Source: Monocercomonoides exilis PA203 (lineage: Eukaryota > Protista > Preaxostyla). From it: DNA of 64,000 nucleotides. Position 1 is the stretch's first letter. Every line of letters starts with the position of its first letter. A program made the translations under genes and the position numbers. The notes under the pieces were generated by a model. That model did not search any database. It had not been told where the DNA came from and was given only the letters and a program-made list of their open reading frames with translations. The DNA is taken from contig LSRY02000015.1 of the NCBI GenBank assembly GCA_001643675.2, positions 1,364,001 to 1,428,000 on the forward strand, written 5' to 3'. Shown here in pieces: positions 57,848-64,000 of this stretch.

Positions 57848-58204
57848 CAGTTTGTGCAAAAAATACCGGACAAGATCGATTTCACAAGAACTGCAAAAAG
57901 AAAAATTCTGACAATTTTCCTCAAAATATATCTCATCAATACAAACTCAATTGATAAACGAGACTTTCAAATATCTCATTTGTGCCCAGAAAATAGTTAT
58001 TTTTCTATTTTCGGAGAAACTCAAAATCCAATTTCTCCGAAATATGAAAAACAATTATCTATGAGTACGAATGAGGCGATTAAAAAAGTCTTGTGTGTCA
58101 AGTTAATTTGTATTGATGAGATATATTTTGAGGAAAATTATCAGAATTTTTCTTCTTGCGGCTATTGAGATATCGATCTTGTTCGGTATTTTTTGCACAA
58201 ACTG
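57848..58204. mobile_element. MITE with ~110-bp imperfect TIRs, CAGTTTGTGCAAAAAATACCG termini (Tc1/pogo-like)
   Basis: cagtttgtgcaaaaaataccggacaagatcgat pairs with atcgatcttgttcggtattttttgcacaaactg, and an inner ttttcctcaaaatatatctcatcaatacaaa block is also inverted. TA on the left. Confidence 0.88.
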
Positions 58205-60883
58205 AACAAATAAAAATTACAAAAAAATTTTTTTAAAATATTTTGGATAAAATTAATTTCTTATGTGGACGAAATTGGAATTAAAATTAGTTAATTATTA
58301 TTTGAAATTGAATGAAAAATAACATTTTGAGTATTTTTTTTTCTAGAGATGAAAGTCACAATTTCTCATTATTTTTCAAATTATCTGAATATATAACAAA
58401 ATAGCAAAGAAATTGATGAACATATGTTCGAGAATAGAATATTTTTCAGTTTTATTACAGTTATTCACGAAAATTCTTTTAATAATCAAACCATAATAGA
58501 TATTTTGATTACTGTAAACTGCAAATAAAACCTTACTCTTACAACAACATCGAAAAAGAAGAGCAACAACTATTTTGCTTTTACTTTGCAATGGATGTGC
58601 TGAAGTTAAATGAATTCGAAGCGGGCTCTTTTCTTTCAGTATAAGCATAAAAAAATCCACATTTAACCATTGCATTGGAACAACCTGAACAAACAAAATT
58701 TCGAAAAAAGGCAAGCATTCAAAATTTAATTCAATAGTTGTATCATTTTCATCCGCCTGAGCAAAATCGTTGCCAATCGTGGAGCAGATGCCGATTTCTT
58801 CACCAAAACACAACAAACGCCATGCACGATAACCGGGATTCCATTGAAAGATCTACCATTTTTTGGCCAATATCATCTTTAATAGCCCATATGACTCATT
58901 TGTCTTTCCAAGCGAAGCTTAAAGGATTTCAGTGATTTCGATGGTTTTCCAAATCCGCGTTCAATTCCATTCCGATAGACATTCTTCATCGAACATGTCC
59001 CCATTTTTATTGAAATTTCATCTGATTTATCGAAATTTCTTTGGATGCTTTGAATTAAAAAAAAATGCTTGGAATTGCAATTGGGCATCAATCACTCTGT
59101 GTTTGTTGTGAGGTTTGAATTATTTATTTATTTATTCTGTGCTGTTCACTTTCACATTTCTTATCCCCCCTTTGGAATTTTTAGAACATGACTTTGAAGA
59201 TGTGGTTGATTTTTATTGAAATGCACTCAATTTATCAGAAAAGCACTGGCTTTTAAGTGGTTCCGCATTGGAAGGATTTGAATGGGAAGAAAAGACATTA
59301 TTATTGGAGCAATTGAAAATGAATAATGTGAATGAATAATTCAAAGAAGAAGAAGGAAAAGCGAGTGAAAGGATGGAGTTTATGAGAGGGAGAAGGAAGA
59401 GATGGAGGATTGATCAATGCAGGAAGGAACACGAGGAGCAAACGATTGCGAATGGAGAAGAGGCAGAGGAAATTATTTGTATTTTGCAATGAGAATGCTT
59501 GATTTGCAAAGAAGGGCAAATTGTGTTTGTGTTTGTTTGCTGATAAAAATTGTTTTTTTTTTTTTGAATGATGAAAAATATTCAGAATTGAAAAATAAAA
59601 GAAAGAGATTGAATTTTTGTTTTTATTTTATTTTACAAAATGTATTTTTGAGGTTTAATAACAACATGTTTGGTTTCTTTATTTATTTGCAATCTTTTTT
59701 TAACCCTTTTTTTTTTAAATGTATATGCAGAGAAAGTTCACAAAACATTTCCATTCAACTAGCACAAATGGCTTCTTAAAAGGATCTTTTCACTGAAAAA
59801 AAGCAGGTGAATATTTTTGAGTAACTGACAATGGCTGTGTGCATGAAATGGATCAACATACAAAATGTGGAAGGAGCAAGAAAGCGGAAGAATTAATTTG
59901 GGAGTTTTGGGCGAAGAAGCTGGAGAAGCAGTGTGAAAAGATAAAACGGGTAAGAATATGAAGAGCAGAATGGAGAAGATATGAGACGGAGAGGAGGTCT
60001 GTAGGAGGGGATAATGATGATGAGTTACACAGAAAAGATTTTTTTGAAAGAAGAACAAGTTTTGATATGTGAGGACTGAAAAGAAAAAAATGAAAACAGC
60101 TGAGGAAAAAGATGAATTAATATATGATATATTGGAGGGTGATAAGGAAAAGCGAAGAGGAAAAAATGAAAGAGAAGAGAAATTGAGAAACAGTTTTGAG
60201 GGAAAGATTTTTCATTGAAAGAGACAAAGAAAAGGGAATTGAGGAGCTAATGAACAAAAGAAGAGAAGAAAAGAAGAAGAGAGAATGGAAAAGAAAGACT
60301 CACTATCTGATTGCGTTGGGAGATAAAGTTTTCAATAATTCAGAACAACACATTCAAAGAGAAAACATGGGTCATTTGTGAAGGTGTGGCATTTGTTGCT
60401 TTTTGTGCTTTTGTCATTCAACAATTTTTGTTTGAAAAGTTTCTTATTATTTTCTGGTGAATGCACTATTAAGAACATGGAAAAATTCAACTTTTTCTGA
60501 AAAACAAAGTATTATCTGATTACAAATTGTTTTGTCATTCAGGCGATGCAAGGCAGATTCTTATCATTTGTTGTATTTATTTGGACATGTTTCATCTCTC
60601 TGTTCGACGTTTCTTTTTGTTTGTAATTTTTTAATTTTCATTATTTTTATTTTTCAATTCGACAAATTGTCATCTGTATCAGCAAATACCGATTCATTCC
60701 TGAAAAGAACTGAAGAAATGGCATTGCCTTGGAACTGTCTCAGACGTTTTCCAAACACTCACAAAGTGATTGCTGAAAGAAGTTTTTTGATCTTACCAAT
60801 TGTGTTGAAAACCATTATTTATTTCAATTTGATCATCCGGAAAAAAATAAAAATTTTCAAATCAAAATTGATTTTTATTCAAT

Positions 60884-63800
60884 ATGAGAATGCATATGTT
60901 CCTTTTTGCATGTTTGATTCTTTGGAGTTCATTTAAAGCACAAGATGTCTCTGGCGCTTCAGCATGGCAAAACAAAGGTATTCTTTGGCATTAACATTTT
61001 TTGATTAATTGTATTTATAAATGCCAAGACAATTTAAATGATTCACAATTTATCTCTAAGACAAATGGTTGTTATTTCTTTGAACAGAGAAATACATCAG
61101 GAGCTAAAAGATTGCAATCAGGAATATCGACAGTTGTTAATGCATTTTTTGTATTTTCCAATTCTACAGTCTTACTCAAGAATTTGGCAATTGAACATTT
61201 ATATTCACCTTCGATGCATATTACAGATATATCAACTCTCATGATGGACTCCTGCATATCCAACCAAAAGTCAGATTCTCCTTTTCATCTCCAAAGTGGG
61301 TCAATCAACATGGCAAACTTGAGTGTGATTCCTCAAATGAATATTTATTCTGGAAGTCTCCTATTTTCATCTGAGGATTCAAATTCTGTCATTTTGAGAA
61401 ATTCCATCATTACAGATCTGGCTGTCTCATCATCAGACTATTTCCTGTTATCAGGAAAGAGCCATAGTGAACGGATTGATAATTGTGCCTTCAGGAACAT
61501 ATCTGTGAAATATGACAAAAACGGTGATTGCCAAATGGAGCATTCATGCTTGTTGAGTTCAATGGAGAATTGCCTCATTTATTCGTGTGTGAATGCCTTT
61601 GAAGGAGGGATCTCGAGTGGATCCTATTCCTCAGGGGCATTTGTCTGTAGAAACACATCAACAAGCTTCGGGAAAAGAGAAACAAATGACCTTCAGAGAA
61701 AAGAAAAAATGGACACAACAGAAAGCCAATCCTTTTCATTGTGTGAATGGGAAGATTGCACATCCCCACAAGGAGGCGCTCTTTATGTTCATGACAACGC
61801 AAGTGCAATTCTCACGGTTGAGAATTCTTCATTCACAAGATGCAATGCTTCATTGACAAGAGGGGGTGGAATATATGCTTTGAATATCTCCGAATGCATT
61901 GTCCTTCATTCTTCATTCACCCAATGTTCTGCTGCAGCAACAACAAGTGCTGGAGGAGGAGGAATTCGATTCGAATATGTTAATGAACAATCAATGGTTG
62001 ATGATTGCTCTTTTAAAAACTGTTCTTCAGACGACGATGGAGGGGCAGTTGATATCTATTTAACAAATGCAGAAAACCAGAAAGAATGTGTTATTAATTC
62101 CTTTTTCGATAATTGTAGATGCAATGGATCGAGCGATGGAGCAGGAGGCGCAATATTGCATTGGAATCCTTCAGATAAAGTTGTCATTTCAAATTGTTTA
62201 TTTTGTCATTGCTATGCAATGTGCTGGGGAGGAGCTGTATTCATAGAAATTAAATCAAATAACATGGGCATTTTGTTTTTGTATTGCTTTTTCCACAATA
62301 ACACATGCATTAAAGGTGGGCATGACATTGTTCTTCAAGGTTCAACATCAAACAACATTGATCCAAGTTGCTATTCAACAAGGAATACATCAAATAGGGT
62401 TAGTACAGACTTATCTTCGATTGTTGATAAAAGTGAATGGCTTCGAAAAGATTTTGGAATAATGAGATTTGTATCATCGACCGAAACGCAGCCCAATGCC
62501 AAAGATACATTTGCATGTGGACTGAATGAAAGTCATCCTTGCAGCTCAATCAGCCATTGTTTGAGTCAACTCATTCCAGGTTTTGTGAAGGATATTGAGA
62601 TGCTCACAGGAACAATAAAGGAGACCAAAAGTTCAGATTGCAGCTCCAACACTTACACAATATATGGCCAAAGCAATATGAGCACAGCAATTCATACAGA
62701 ATTTGAAACATTAGGGTTATCTCTATTTTCAGTCTCAACAGGCACATTGACTGTCAGAGACTTTGTTCTTGTGCATGACTCGGCACATGCAAATAACCGA
62801 GATTCAAGACTATTTGAGATTACTGGAACGGGAGAGATGCATATTAGTAGACTGAACATATCAGCTGGAAGTGGGCAATCTTCAGAAACAGCATTCACCA
62901 CAGAGCTGATAAATGTTCAGGGAGGAATATTTCAAATGGAAAGTGTGAACTGGGCAAAGACAATTTCAACTTCTTCGTTGTTTTCACTTTCTTCAACAAA
63001 CGAAATTACATTGACACTTTCAGAGTGTGCCTTTGATGAGATTGAAAGAACAACCAGTGGAGCAGCTTTGATGTCGTTTTCTAATGATAAGGCAAATATC
63101 GGTCTAAATTCTTGTTCATTTTCAGGATGTGGAAGCACATTATCAGAAAATGGAGGATCAATGATGCTGTGTGCAGGAGAAGCGAATGAAGTGAAAGTTG
63201 AAGGCGGGATCTATGATGGGTGCTTTTGTTCAGCAACAGATGGCCTTGGGGGAGGAATCTTTCTTCGATTATTGAATGAAAATCCAAATTTCCTGATTTC
63301 CTGTTCATTCGGAACAAATACAGCCAAATGGGGAAATGATATCTTTGTCATTTCACCCAATCTGGAAGTGACCGCAAAGTCACAAAATATTACATGTGTG
63401 ACAACCTCTTTGGATTCTTTTGACAGAGTGAGAGGATATGATAATGGAAACACGAGTTTGGTCATCCCTCTGTGCATCTATCTCATTCCCACCCCAGAAG
63501 TAATTCATGTGAGCAATTCTGAGGCATCTAATCATTCACATTGTGGAATTATCCAATTTCCTTGCTTGACAATGAAGCACTCACTCACACGTCAGACAGA
63601 AACAAAGATAGTGAATGTGAATGGAATGATTATGATGAGTGATGAATTGGTATTTTCTGAACAGAAACACGAAATCAGAGGAAATGATGAACTGAGTGGC
63701 TGGACAGTCTCCGATGCAAGTTCAACATCAAACTCAGCAATGATTACAGCAAGTGTTGAAACAGAATTATCAGCGCTTATCTTTTCTCTTCCTTCTTCTC

Positions 63801-64000
63801 TCTCTTCACACTCCACTTTTATTTTGTCTTCTTCACAACTGACTTTGTCTCGTTGTTCTTTTTCCCTTCAAGATCATTCATCAGAACTTGCATCTTTATT
63901 CTTATCCATTAGCTCGGGAATCCTAACAATTGATTCATTTTCGGCTTCATCAATTGATTTGAGTGGAAATCCATTGATCTCGTTGTCTGGAAGCGGAATA
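60884..64000 (+). CDS. Large secreted/surface Pmp-like (GGA[I/L/V], FxxC) beta-helix protein, running off the window end
   Basis: Missed by the ORF track because no stop falls in the window. ATG 60884 gives the signal peptide MRMHMFLFACLILWSSFKA. A 51-nt GT-AG intron (60978-61028) removes an in-frame TAA. The frame then reads QGGALYV, RGGGIY, DGGAVDI, AGGAIL, WGGAVF, LGGGIF and two CG-x4-5-PC modules. Confidence 0.88.

Noticed and set aside
58376-60400. Short ORFs and GA-rich stretches that might be genes
   Set aside because: No consistent frame, motif or splice model; probably unrecognisable pseudogene debris.
1-64000. tRNA, rRNA or telomeric repeats
   Set aside because: None recognised by eye; tRNAscan-SE and Infernal would be needed to exclude small ncRNAs.

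Overview
AT-rich, intron-containing eukaryotic DNA using the standard genetic code. Its style (poly-Ser giant protein, expanded lineage-specific families, GGA-motif surface proteins, DIRS elements) resembles the oxymonad Monocercomonoides; that assignment is inference. The only conserved gene I recognise is coatomer delta (delta-COP, 34993-37649, minus), whose first intron is best explained as GC-AG. Other genes are a 5'-located multi-exon helical/low-complexity protein, a ~2,850-aa poly-Ser protein, two intact beta-helix-like surface proteins plus decayed paralogs, and four members of a family I cannot assign, sharing a W-x3-D...EAK-x-[YF]-xx-[ILM]-FG-x-W...MW motif. Two of those four sit head-to-head inside an apparently perfect 1,170-bp inverted repeat with a 91-bp spacer, so they share an identical N-terminal half but have different C-terminal halves. 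Mobile DNA is abundant: a complete but decayed DIRS-1-type tyrosine-recombinase retrotransposon (ITRs and a two-part ICR readable), a Tc1/IS630-like DD33E element, pogo/Fot1 and Merlin/IS1595 relics, a 923-bp CACC foldback element, and several MITE families, most of them packed into 46.6-58.2 kb.
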